A DNA stretch of 64,000 nt from assembly GCA_951406725.2 (NCBI GenBank), contig OX597815.1:32302001-32366000 (forward strand), given 5' to 3'. The DNA comes from Octopus vulgaris. Its lineage: Eukaryota. This document shows, piece after piece, positions 51,832 to 64,000 of the stretch; the stretch's first letter is position 1, and the number at the start of each line of letters is the position of its first letter. The notes beneath the pieces were generated by a model. That model made no database searches, was not told where the DNA came from, and saw nothing but the letters and a program-made list of their open reading frames with translations. Position numbers and translations under genes: made by a program.

Positions 51832-53859
51832 CTTTACAAGCAAAAAATGGTACAAAAATTAAACTGCTTAGCCTCTTTCACATTTTTTCAACACACAAAT
51901 TATTCCCAATATCATCATCATCGTTTAACGTCCGTTCTCCATGCTAGCATGGGTTGGATGGTTCGACAGGGGATCTGGGAAGCCAGAAGGCTGCACCAGG
52001 CTCCGGTCTTATCTGGCAATGTTTCTACAGCTGGATGCCCTTCCTAACGCCAACCACTCCGTGAGTGTAGTGGGTGCTTTTTACGTGCCACCTGCACTGG
52101 TGCCAGGCGAGGCTGGCATTGGCCACTGTCGGATTGGTGCATTTTATGGAAGCCAGTCGAGGTGGCACTGGCTTCCATAAAATATATTAAGGACTTTTAA
52201 GAAGGAGATACATATTGAAATTCATCCTAGATATTAATCAACTAAGCTAGCTACAACCAGAAATGAAAATAAGCTGATAAAATAACTTTCCAATTTTCTG
52301 TCATACTGCCATAATAATCATCATCATCATCATTTAACGATGGTTTTCCATGCTGGCATAATCCAGTATGAACACTTTATAGATATGACTTGAGAATTTG
52401 GTGCACAATGAAATGAAATATAGTGACTCAAATTCAATTTAAATCGATTGATATTGCTATACCTGATGAAGATAATACTACTTTAAGAGAATTTCAAAAT
52501 ATTGATTTCAAATTTTAACACAAGGCCAGCAATTCCAGAGGCAGGTGTAAGTCTATTACATCAATCCCAGTGTTCAACTGGTACTAATTTTATTGACTCA
52601 CCTCCCCCAAAGGATGAAAAGCAAAGTCAGCCTCCACAGAATTTGAACTCAGAATGTGAAGTTGGATGAAATACTGCTAGGCATTTTGCTTGGTATGCTA
52701 ACAATTCTGCCAGCTTGCCACCTTACAGAATTGAGGTCCAAAATGTTTGGGGAGGGGGCCAGTCGATTAGATCAACCTCAGTACGCAACTGGTACTTAAT
52801 TTATCGAGCACGAAAGGATGAAAGGCAAAATCGACCCTGGCAGAATTTGAACTCAGAATGTAAAGATAGGCGAAATACCGCTAAGCATTTCACTCTGTGT
52901 ACTAACGTTTCTGCCAGCTCGCTGCCTTAGAATTCCAAAATATTGATACTCAAATGTAGGTGAGAGCTTACAAAATGAAGAGAGTAGGTGGAGATGTATT
53001 CAACCCCCGACATAAATCTCCTAGTCTACCTTAAATAATTGAAAAAAAAAAAAAAAAAAAAAGAAAATTAATTATTAATACACTATAAGATATGTACTGA
53101 ATGTAACTGCAAATATCTTATTAGAAGTAACTTACAACTAACCATCATCCACATCATCATTTAACATCCATTTTCCCATGCTGGCATGGGTTGGATGGTT
53201 TGACAGGAGCTGGTATGGTCAGGGGCCAAACCAGGCTCCAGTGTTTGTTCTGGCATGGTTTCTATGGCTGGATGCCCTCCCTAATGCCAAACACTTTATA
53301 GAGTTCTATATATCCTGATGTCAAATCATCATCGTCTATTTCTTCATGCTTGCATGAGTCAAGTGGATTTTATTGAGATAGATTTTCTACGGCCGAATGC
53401 CCTTCCTGTCATCAACCCTTACCCGTTTCCAAGCAAGTCAATATTTTCCCATGGCCTGATATGTTTTTACAGAATATTTACTGGGTGCTTCTTACTTGGC
53501 ACCATCACCAGTGTTTTTACATAGCTGTATACATCACCAGTGCTTTTTTAATATTTACAAGACTGGGGGATTGAGATAATTAAACATGAAGTTAATGTGA
53601 ATAATTTTAGTTTAAATTATTGGAGAAAACATGAATAAGTAAGGAAATGGTATGGAAAGAAAAAGGAAAGAAGGAAAAGACAGCAAAAGAAAAGTAAAAA
53701 AGAAAAACGGAAAGAAATTAAAAGAAAAAAAAACAATAAAGCAAGAAAGATGAAATTAAGAGAAAAGCTAATTAATGGAAGAAGTGACAAGCATTAATAA
53801 AAAGCCAATGGTAGACATGATGAGTTGGAAGAATTTAAATAAAAAACTGGTTAGCATAC

Positions 53860-53999
53860 TGCTGAAGCATCCTCCATTGCATTCTTGAGGAATTTGGCAT
53901 GTTGCTTTACTGCTTCCACTCTTTTTCCCATAGATTCATTTGCTCTGGCTGCTGCCTCCTTAGCATTCTTCATTGCCGTGGTAACTATGAGTACAAGAG
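53860..53999 (-). CDS. IMMT: MIC60 exon (ALVLIVTTAMKNAKEAAARANESMGKRVEAVKQHAKFLKNAMEDASA)
   Basis: ttcctcag acceptor, gtatgc donor, phase 1/0. AV..H...LK.AM motif. Confidence 0.88.
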
Positions 54000-54102
54000 C
54001 TGAGGAAAAAAAGAAATGGAATTATATAATGATAGGCTGTTACAGTGGTGCAAAACCATGAATTTGAAGGAGAGGAATACAATGGATTTAATACCATCCA
54101 GA

Positions 54103-54134
<32 letters not shown>

Positions 54135-54322
54135 CATCATCATCATCGTTTAACGTCCGTTCTCCATGCTAGCATGGGTTGGACGGTTCGACCGGGGATC
54201 TGGGAAGCCAGAAGGCTGCACCAGGCTCCAGTCTTATCTGGCAATGTTTCTACAGCTGGATGCCCTTCCTAACGCCAACCACTCCGTGAGTGTAGTGGGT
54301 GCTTTTTACGTGCCACCTGCAC

Positions 54323-54365
<43 letters not shown>

Positions 54366-56206
54366 AATGGATGTCGTTCATTTTCCATATTCTGTAAAAA
54401 CATGTCAGGCCATGGGAAGATATTAGGGTTGATGACAGGAAGGGCATTCAGCCATAGAAAATCTATTTCAATAAACTCCACCTGACCCATGCAAGCATGA
54501 AAAAGTAGATTATGATGATTTGACATGAGATCATATAGAGATTAAGGGAGATTAAAACAAATACAGTAATGTACTTAGTGCTGTATTCTACTACCTGAGA
54601 CACAGATACCAACCTTAATAATTCTTTCTACTGGAAGCACAAGGGTTCAAATTTGGGGGAAGGGGTTAAGTCGATTACACCAAACCTAAATGCGTAATAG
54701 ATACTTGTTTAATTGATCCCAAAAGAATGAAAAGCAAAGTTGACCTCAGAGGAATTTGAACTCAGAACATCGTGACAGACAAAATATCGCTAAGCATTTG
54801 CCCCGCATGCTAATGATTCTGCCAGCTTGCTGCCCTGTTATCAATTTGAATAATAACAATAATAATGATTTCAAATTTTGGCATAAGGCCAGTAATTTCA
54901 GGGGAGGGGGTACCCAAATAGTACTGATTTTATCAACCCCTATGTGTCTATGTTGTTCCCCCAACATCACGTGACAACCGATGTTGGTGTGTTCATGTCC
55001 CCATAACTTAGTGGTTTGGCAAAAGAGACCTAGGCTTACAAAGAATGAGTCCTGGAGTCATGTTGTTCGACTAAAAGCAGTGCTCCAGCATGGCCACAGT
55101 CAAATGACTGAAACAAGTAAAAGAATAAAAATTCATTTTAGTGTTCATTTTCCCATGCCTACACAAATTTTCTATAGCCAGATGCCCTTCCTGTTGCCAA
55201 CCCACACCTGTTCCTAAGCAAGGTAATATTTCCCCCATGTCTAGACATGTGCAGAATACTGAAAATAAATACTGCTTGTATAACAGTGACACACATTCAC
55301 AACTGCTATCAAAACAGGGAAACACAAACAATCATCAACTTCCATCTACCAAATCCACTCACAAGACTTTGGTTGGCCAAATGTTAACCAAAAATAATGA
55401 TGAAAATATAAGCAATTATAGACTAAAAATATTAAAATAGAGTAGAGAGTATACAATAAAAAATGTCAAATATTTCAAACATTTACACAGAGATACACCC
55501 GTCTACTGTAACTTTTCTAAAATGTAGGACATTAGTCTGTCAGATATAAGCAGACTTCCATCATGTTCTCTCTTACATGTGTGTGTGTGTGTGTGCATAT
55601 GGCTGTATGCATGTGTATATATCCATATATATTGCACAAGTGTCTTCTACCAAAGCTCCAAACTTACCAAAGCCTAGTAAGTGGATTTGGTAGGCAGAAA
55701 CTGAAAGAAGTATCCCATGCCGGTAGCATGTAAAAAGCACCATTCAAGCGTGACTGGTGCCAGTGCCGCCTGACTGGCACCCATACCGGTGGCACATAGA
55801 AAGCACCCACTACATTCTCCAAGTGGTTGGTGTTAGGAAGGGCATCAATGTGTAGAAACCTTGCCAAATCATATTGGAGACTGATGCAGCCTCCCGGCTT
55901 GCTAGTCCTCAGTCAAACCATCCAACCCATGCGAGCATGGAAAAAGAACGTTAAACGACTATGAATATGATGATCAACATCATTTAACATCTGCCTTCTA
56001 TAATGACATGGGTTGGACATTTTGACAGAAGCTGGCAAGCCAGACCGCTGCACCAGGCACCAATTGTCTGTTTTGGCTAGTTTCTACAGTTGGATGCCCT
56101 TCCTAACACCAACTACTTTACAGAGTGTAGTGGGTGCTTTTTACAAGGCACCAGCGCAGGTGCTTTTTACATGGCACCAGTACATAAGCATGTATACATG
56201 TATATA

Positions 56207-56694
56207 CCGTAAATCCTTGAGTATAATACGCAGGGGATCTTTAGGGGGCTGTAGCTCTGAAAAACCTAAACCTTGTGTATAATACACACCCCTTCTCTAA
56301 CTTGAGTCAAGTCATATTTACATCCTTGGTTTGTAAAAATGTACACGGTAATGTCCTTTATTATTATTGTATATATAACATAATGCAAACGTGTAGCTTT
56401 TTTGTGCATTTTGTTTGCAGAAAATAAAGAAATAATAGTAATAACGTTTAATAAATGTTGCTTACTGCAAGTTATGGATGATTCTTTTATGACTTCATTG
56501 CTTTCAGGCTTAGCTTAAGGTATTTTCCTGCCTGACTTCACAAAATGCATCTGAATAAACATAGCCAGACAGCAAATAGAGACTCGGACATTGCTTAGAA
56601 AATATTTTTCATTTTTAACCTCGTTAACCGCATTAAGGATTTTGACCTTTAAATTTTGGGGGAAAAAATGCAGATTATACTCGAGGATTTATGG
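56207..56694. mobile_element. non-autonomous Tc2/pogo-like MITE
   Basis: TA|CCGTAAATCCTTGAGTATAAT ... ATTATACTCGAGGATTTATGG|TA: TIRs with TA target duplication. Confidence 0.8.
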
Positions 56695-57666
56695 TACGTG
56701 TGTGAGTATGCATATGTTTGTGTCACCTTGTCTTTACATCATGTGATAGCTGTAAATTATTGTCAGTAATACAAGCAGTATCATGGATGGGGAAGTCTAG
56801 TATGTACACGGAGTGTATATTCACAGTATATACCTAATGTACATGTATTTATGTTTATGTATATACAAGTGTATGTATCTATTCTTTTACTGGTATTAGT
56901 TATTAGGCTGCAAACATCTGGAGGCACTGCTTTCAAACGTTTTAGTCAATCTTATCGACCCTAGAACTTATTCAAGTCCCATACTTATTTTACAGATCTG
57001 TAGTTATGGAACCACACACACCCCCATACACACAAATAAACACACACACGCACGCACATTTATTAATCAACCCAAGGATACAGTAAAATAAATTTATCTA
57101 AAGTGCTAGAAAATATTTGGTAAATTAATTACTGATCAAATTAAAATAATCACCTGGCCCCCGTGCCGGTGGCACGTAAAAAGCACCATCTGATCATGGC
57201 CGTTGCCAGCCTTGCCTGGCCCCCGTGCCGGTGGCACATAAAAAGCACCATCCGTCCGTGGCTGTTTGCCAGCTCCGTCTGGCTCCTGTGCGGGTGGCAC
57301 GTAAAAAGCACCCACTACACTCACGGAGTGGTTGGTGTTAGGAAGGGCATCCAGCCGTAGAAACACTGCCAGATCAGACTGGGCCTGATGCAGCCTTCCA
57401 GCTTCACAGACCCAAGTTGAACCGTCCAACCCATGCTAGCATGGAAAGCGGACGTTAAATGATGATGATGACTGAGTTCCGATCACTGCATATGTATTAT
57501 AATACATTGGGTTGGTTTATCTCATTCTACCATGTACTGAGACACTAAGCTTTCAGCGTAGATAGCATGAGTTATGTCCCTTGGTCGTATAGTTATGTAT
57601 GTTTCTGGTAATTGTTAACAATTCGGCTACGGGGAAAAAAAATATGGAAGAGAAAAATAACTGTAC

Positions 57667-57861
57667 CTTCATTTTCTGCAGCCTCTACAGCTTGTTTCTC
57701 CTTCAACTGACGTTCCACTTCAGCTTTTTGTCTGGCAGTTTCCAAAGCTTTTTCTTCGTGTTTTTCTGCCTCTGTCTTCTTCTTCTTCGATACTTTTTCA
57801 GCTTCTAATCTCTTTTCTTCTTCGGCCTTTTTAGCCATTGCTAACTTTTTCTCGGCAGCTT
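57667..57861 (-). CDS. IMMT: MIC60 exon, charged coiled coil (EAAEKKLAMAKKAEEEKRLEAE...AVEAAENE)
   Basis: tttcag acceptor, gtacag donor, phase 1/1. Confidence 0.85.
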
Positions 57862-58641
57862 CTGAAAGTCATGAGAATACAACACTGATAAATATATATC
57901 AATGATTAACATCTTTACTATTCTAATAATATTTAGTTTCATTGTTAATATTAATAGATATTAAATAATATTATGGCGTTAGGAAGGGCATCCAGCTGTA
58001 GAAACTCTGCCAAATCAAGATTGGAGCCTGATGGAGCCATCTAGTTTGCCAGCCCTCAGTCAAAATCGTCCAACCAATGCTAGCATGGAAAGCGAACGTT
58101 AAACGATGATGATGATGTGGGGAGGGTCAGCTAAAGCACTAATTCTTGCCCATTCTTGCCTGAATTCTTAAGTCAAGCCACATGACTTCAAGTCCTCCAA
58201 GGTATACTTCAGCAATACACGGAGCTTACAAGTAAACTGTCTTTTAGCTAGTGCTGGTGACACATAAAAGGGCCTCCTTGCTGGTGACATGTAAAAGACA
58301 CCCAGTACACTGTGTAGAGTGGTTGGCATTAGGAAGGGCACCCACCTGTAGAAACCAAGCTAAAATAGAGGACTGGACCCTGGTACGGCTCTCCAGCTTA
58401 CCAGCTCAAGTCAAACCATCTAACAAGTGCCAACATGGAAAAAGGATGTTAAATGATGATGATGATGATTAATCATTGTCAGCCTTTTGGGAATACAACA
58501 GTTAGCCAACTGCCAGTATTTGAACTCAGATAATAAGACATAACTAAATACTACGTGGTACTTTGTCAGTTGCTCTACCAAATGTTCCAAACTATTGCTA
58601 AACATATTGGTTACTTAAGATCAATAAATCAATGCACTTAC

Positions 58642-58681
58642 CTTTTCTCTTTATTTCTTCAGGATCAGGTAATTTAGGGAC
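58642..58681 (-). CDS. IMMT: MIC60 40-nt exon (VPKLPDPEEIKRK)
   Basis: ttttttccccttcag acceptor, gtaagt donor. Phase 0/1 bridges the neighbouring exons. Confidence 0.78.
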
Positions 58682-59212
58682 CTGAAGGGGAAAAAAATGC
58701 CTCTAGTTCAAAACCAACATATATTCCACTGAACTTTAAATGAATAAATAAATATAAAGCAGTTATTTTTGCAGGAGAGCTGCTTCAACATTTATCTTTT
58801 ACTTGTTTCAATCATCGAACTGTGGCCATACTGGGGCACTGCCTTGAAGGGTTTTTCAGTCAAATAGACCCCAGTACTTTTTTTTTTAAAGCCTGGTAAT
58901 TATTCTAACAATCTCGTTTGCCAAACCACTAAGTTACGGGGACATATACAAAGAGATGCACACATACACACACATATATATGATGAGCTTATTTCAATTT
59001 ACCATCTACCAAATCCACTCACAAGACTATGTTCAGACCAGGGTTATAGTAGAAGGATGATGATGATGATGACTTGCCCAAAGTGCCATGCAGTGGAACT
59101 GGACACAGAAACATGTGGCTGAGAAGTAAGCTTCTTACCACACAGCCAGCCAAAACCATTCTAAATATTTGGAAACATGAATTGGTGTGATTCTGCAAAA
59201 GTTCTGAACATA

Positions 59213-59408
59213 GGTGTAGGAGTGGCTGTGTGCTAAGTAGCTTGCTTACGAACCACATGGTTCCGGGTTCAGTCCCACTGCGTGGCACCTTGAGCAAGTG
59301 TTTTCTACTATAGCCTCGGGCCAACCAAAGCCTTGTGAGTGGATTTGGTAGACGGAAACTGAAAGAAGCCCGTCATATATATGTATATGTATATATATAT
59401 ATCTTATG

Positions 59409-59449
<41 letters not shown>

Positions 59450-59640
59450 GTATATGTGTTTGTCCCCCAACATCGCTTGACAACCGATGCTGGTGTGTTT
59501 ACGTCCCCATAACATTGTGGTTCGGCAAAAGAGACCGACAGAATAAGTACCAGGCTTACAAATAAGTCCTGGGGTCGACTTGCTTGACTAAATGTGGTGC
59601 TCCAGCATGGCCAGAGTCAAATGACTGAAACAAGTAAAAG
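59213..59640 (+). mobile_element. tRNA-derived SINE family A, full length
   Basis: Reverse-complement match to 1022-1425 and 7457-7846. Confidence 0.88.
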
Positions 59641-60598
59641 TATATTCTGAGCTGTAAACAAGTTATCTAATGAAATGTTTAAATTCCTTAAGAAGGGTAA
59701 TGTTTAAAGTATCAGATGACATTTTACTATTATTAAAAGTGTGGATGAGAGATTATAATAAACACTGTTCAATGATATGTCTTTGAAGATTTAGGCTTAG
59801 ACAACATTTCAGTTCTCAATGAACCTATTAAAATTTTCAGTTTGTTTAGGCACTATACACAATGACAGCTGTGTGGTTGAGAAGAATCCCACTGCACAGC
59901 ACCTTGAGCAAGTGTCTTCTATTATAGAAAAGCCTGTGAGTGGATTTGGTAGATGGAAACTGAAAGAAACCATGTGTGTATGTGTTTGTGGGTACCCATG
60001 ACTAGATATCACATGAGGGTTGTAAATGAGCATGACTATCATACAAGCAAGGTTATTCATTTCCAGTCTTCTGTGAAAAACATGTGTAGCTATGGGAAAA
60101 TATCACCTTGCTTGGAAACAAGTGAGAGTTGGTGACAGGAAGGGCAACCAACCACCAAAAACCTGCCTCAACAAATTCTGTCTGATTCACTCAAGCATGG
60201 AAAAATGGACATTAAATAATGATGATACAAATAAAAATATTTCTCATGGTGACAACTGAGAGTTCTTGAAGTATCTGTTATTAACTCTACCAAAGATGGT
60301 AACAAAACATCAGCTTAATTTGACAGCAATAATTTGACACTGGCTTTTGGAAGCTGTAGAGGGTTACTCATAAAAAGAAAAAGAAACCTGATTTGACACT
60401 AAACAATGATCCAAAGCACTGAATACATAATTGCTTTGCAGTTAACTAAACACTTCTGAAAATAACAGGACAAGAAACACTTTATTTTGTAAATACTGTA
60501 ATTCAAGAGCTATCTACAGCTAGATGTTGCATTCTTGATACTTTAAGGGTGCCTGCAAAATGATAAACAAAAACAAAATAATATAAGTAAACCCTTAC

Positions 60599-60659
60599 CT
60601 TTTTCACAGGTTTTGGGGCTTCTTGTGGTGCCGGTTCTTCTGTTGTTGACCATGGCAAA
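60599..60659 (-). CDS. IMMT: MIC60 exon (LPWSTTEEPAPQEAPKPVKK)
   Basis: ttttttag acceptor, gtaagg donor, phase 2/0. Confidence 0.78.
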
Positions 60660-61117
60660 CTAAAAAATTCAGATATGAAGATGAACAAAGCTGTAACCAT
60701 AATAAAATATATATTGATAGTACTGGACAGGGCACTTAGTTCACCCATCAATTTTGAAAATCTGAAAGACATTGACGTCCTATCTTAAGAGAAATTTACA
60801 TCTCATCAATTCTAATGACTCTAGAGTTAAATAGCATTTTTATGAGACATTTTTTCTTTTCGTTGCCAGTAGATATAAATTAGTTGAATTACTGCTCTAG
60901 AGCTCAAGCTAACAACAACAACAAACAAGTGAACAAATATTACCAAATTTTTATTACATTTACAGAAATTATGAACATTTTTTAACATAAATTTTAGTTG
61001 ATAGTTTCACCACAATTCAAAAATAACAAGCAGTACTCACATAACACTAATTAAAAACAAAGATTTAATAAACAAAAAAATAAAGAATGGAGAAGAAACA
61101 ATAAGTATACACACTAC

Positions 61118-61186
61118 TGCTTTATATGGGGAGGCAGTGTAGGAAGAGTAACTTTTTCAGGCAACACATCAAAGATTGGTTTCAAG
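61118..61186 (-). CDS. IMMT: probable 3' part of the MIC60 transmembrane exon (LKPIFDVLPEKVTLPTLPPHIK)
   Basis: Open frame ending in phase 2 at a weak gtagtg donor. Shares a 30-bp overlap with 61409-61438. Confidence 0.5.
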
Positions 61187-61345
61187 TTGATAGTTTCACC
61201 ACAATTCAAAAATAACAATGCAGTACTCAATTACATAACACTAATTAAAAACAAAGATTTAATAAACAAAAAAATAAAGAATGGTAAGCAAAATGATAGG
61301 GTTTTATTTAAAAAGTAATTTAAACCTCTGAAACTTCATGTAAAA

Positions 61346-61699
61346 TCTCTCTATATATAAACGGCAGTTTGTCTGTGCGTGTTTCTGTGTGTCTGTTTGC
61401 TTGTACCCTCAGGCAACACATCAAAGATTGGTTTCAAGGCCTCATTTGGAAACTAACGCAGCCAAAATTTTGTTCAAAGTTCCCCCAGTTCTGACCGAAG
61501 GATCATAAATTCGACATGGGGTCCAGAATCAGAAACACGACACCACAAACTGTCTAGCCAGTCCCTAACTCCATCCATTTACCAAGTCTGTAAAAAAAAA
61601 TTTACCATAATTTTTTTCCCTTTTTATTTTTGGCTATAACTCTCTAAAATGCTTTATAGTTTTTTTAAAAACCTTTAAACGCTCTGGCGATACTGCTAG
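61346..61699 (+). mobile_element. non-autonomous Helitron-like shell
   Basis: A|TCTCTCTATATATAAACGGC 5' end with (GTCT)-type repeats, and AACGC..GGCG..CTGCTAG|T 3' end. Confidence 0.6.
61409..61587 (-). CDS. IMMT: probable 5' part of the MIC60 transmembrane exon, frameshifted in this sequence
   Basis: Strong tttttttttacag acceptor in the required phase 2. Fragments LGKWM..GT..TVCGV, IYDPSVRT, FEQNF, LKPIFDVLP occur across shifting frames. Confidence 0.5.
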
Positions 61700-62566
61700 T
61701 TAACAATAAATGGCACAGTAATTTTGGTAGATAAATAAATAAAAAATAATATAACTTGAAGTTACAGCGTTTTACAAACATCTCAGCTAGGACGGATTGA
61801 TTAGAAGTTGGCCTTCAAATATATACAAAGTTAACCATGCCAGAATTTGTCATCTATTGATAAATTATTTTCTGAGGCTTCACCTGGTTGGTCAAAGACT
61901 AGAATATATGGCAAATGAGTAAAGTTAATCATCATCATCGTTTAACGGACGGTTTGACCGGGGTCTGGGAAGCCAGGAGGCTGCACCAGTCTCCAGTCTG
62001 ATCTGGCAGTGTTTCTACAGCTGGATGCCCTTCCTAACACCAACCACTCCGTGAGTGTAGTGGGTGCTTTTTACGTGCCACCAGCACAGGTGGTGGTTGA
62101 TAATCAGACTGAATTATTACAAGTCAAAAGTTAGAAGTGTACGTGAGGAAGAAGTTTCAGAAAGATTTAAATATCTAAAGTTTAAAGAATAAGACAGAAT
62201 AAAATTAATAGATGGTAGTGAAGTGAGACATCAAACACATGGAATTAAAAGGAAAAGATTGATGCTTTATGAGTCTTGAAGGAATTTACTCTAATATTTA
62301 TAGTATGTTATTCATATATTTATTACTTAACAGAGAAATATAGCTGAGAGTAGTTTAGTTGCTAGCTATAACATTATTCTCTTCAACACAGATGCAAAAA
62401 CACACACACACACAGGCTGCCATAGATTTTGTTTCTACCAACTATATGGTTGTGAAGAAAACTACTTAAATATTCAAACTAATTACAGTTCAATATACAG
62501 CACATAATTACTATATTATGACTGATTTGAAAATATTCCATTTTAAAGGATGAAATCTGAACTCAC

Positions 62567-62655
62567 TTCAAAGCGGATCCAGAACCTGGAGCTTGTGTTG
62601 ACAGCTTTCTTCTTGAGTGTATTAAGGCCTGCTGGTACTTAGCAACACAACAGCG
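62567..62655 (-). CDS. IMMT: MIC60 presumed exon 2, mitochondrial presequence-like (RCCVAKYQQALIHSRRKLSTQAPGSGSAL); exon 1 probably lies beyond the window
   Basis: tttcag acceptor, gtgagt donor, phase 0/2. Basic and acid-free, RRxxST like human RRYSTSGSSG. Confidence 0.75.
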
Positions 62656-63173
62656 CTGAAATTTAAATAACACAAAAATAAAAGAGACTTCCTACTATAA
62701 GATGAAAGATTTGGCTAAGTAATGAATACTACAAACGTTATATGAAATACAAACAGATGAAGAAACTGATAAAAAATTGAATTTCAAATGGACAATGAAA
62801 GGTATAAACATTTTTGAAAAATTAGCATTTTTTTTCTGTGTTTCTAGCAGAAAAAAGCATGCTAATAAATAGATGCAGTTATTCCTACAAAGGCCAGAAG
62901 TTAAACTGTATCAAATTCAAAAATTTACAAAAACAAGTGCTCATGGTTTTAAGTTATGAAACAGAAATACGAAACTTGTCCATGTAACAAAAACATATAA
63001 GATTCTCCAAACTTTCATGACATACCAATGCAGAAAAGGTTTGTAAGTCAAAAATTCTCAATATTCTAAAGATATATAGATGACGGCATGGTTTCAGGTT
63101 CAGTCCCACTATACAGCACCCTGGGCAATTATCTTCTATTATAGTCCTGGACTTAGTGAGTGAATTTGGTAGA

Positions 63174-63452
63174 TGTCGCCTTACTGGCACCTGTGCTGGG
63201 GGCATGAGTAAAAGGATTCGAGCTAGGTCGTTGCCAGTACCGCTTGACTGCCCCATGTGCTGGTGGCATGTAAAAAGCACCCACTACACTCTCGGAGTGG
63301 TTGGCGTTAGGAAGGGCATCCAGTTGTAGAAACTATCCCAAATCAAGATTGGAGCCTGGTGCAGCCATCTGGTTCACCAGCCCTCAGTCAAAATCGTCCA
63401 ACCCATGCTACCATGGAAAGCGGACGTTAAATAGTGATGATGATGATGATGA
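63174..63452 (+). mobile_element. RTE LINE 3'UTR fragment nested in a family A SINE (~63085-63695)
   Basis: SINE head before, SINE tail after, (GAT)n tail. Confidence 0.72.
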
Positions 63453-64000
63453 AAAATATATAACTATATGATCTTCATACATGTATGTGTGTGTGTGTGC
63501 TTGCCACTCACCCACCAATGCTTGACAAGCGGCGTTGGTTTGTTTACATACCTCTAACTTAGCAGTTACGCAAAAAAGACAAAAGAATAGGTACCAGACT
63601 TAAAAAATAAGGACTGGGATCAATTTGTTCAACTAAACTCTTTGAGTTTATGACCCACAAGGCCACAGTCCTACGACTGAAACAAGTAAAAGATCTTATT
63701 CCGATGCAGTCTTTGCTGGACGAGCCCTGTACAACTGAAGACGCATTCCTATCACTGTTCTTGCAGATTTTAATAACCAAGCAACAGCAACAACACAATT
63801 AAGACATACTGAAATACAAAAATATCAATACTTAAAAACCTCTGTCTCTGAACAAAGCCACTTAGAATAAATGCTATGCTGCTGACTATGGCAAAAAAAT
63901 TATAACTTTGTGACTATAAGCAAAATTTTATGGCCTTCATTGGGCCATAAACTCACTTTATTTCACAGCATGCAAACTAATTTTACAAAATTGTTTTTTT

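Noticed and set aside
52458-52506. CTGATGAAG motif, also CTGATGA at ~15739
   Set aside because: No intact stem II or GAAA; could be chance or very old decay.

Overview
AT-rich, repeat-dense eukaryotic DNA. The SINE, RTE-LINE and microsatellite content suggests a coleoid cephalopod, most likely Octopus (an inference, not a database result). Two spliced genes converge. On +, the last four coding exons of an FBXO41-like F-box/LRR gene (8675-26684). On -, presumed exons 2-13 of IMMT/MIC60 (62655 down to 38099). All exon phases match, except that the transmembrane exon (~61118-61587) is frameshifted and split, probably an assembly artefact. Introns and intergenic DNA carry tRNA-derived SINEs, RTE LINE fragments, Tc1/mariner relics, piggyBac- and Tc2-like MITEs, a Helitron shell and a retroposed U6 copy. 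The most unusual content is (i) three structurally intact type-I hammerhead ribozymes with long stem-II hairpins, plus about five decayed ones, in Penelope-like remnants, and (ii) at least eight fold-back palindromes (arms 17-179 bp), several at apparent retro-insertion 5' junctions. Most long ORFs in the supplied track are microsatellite or repeat artefacts.
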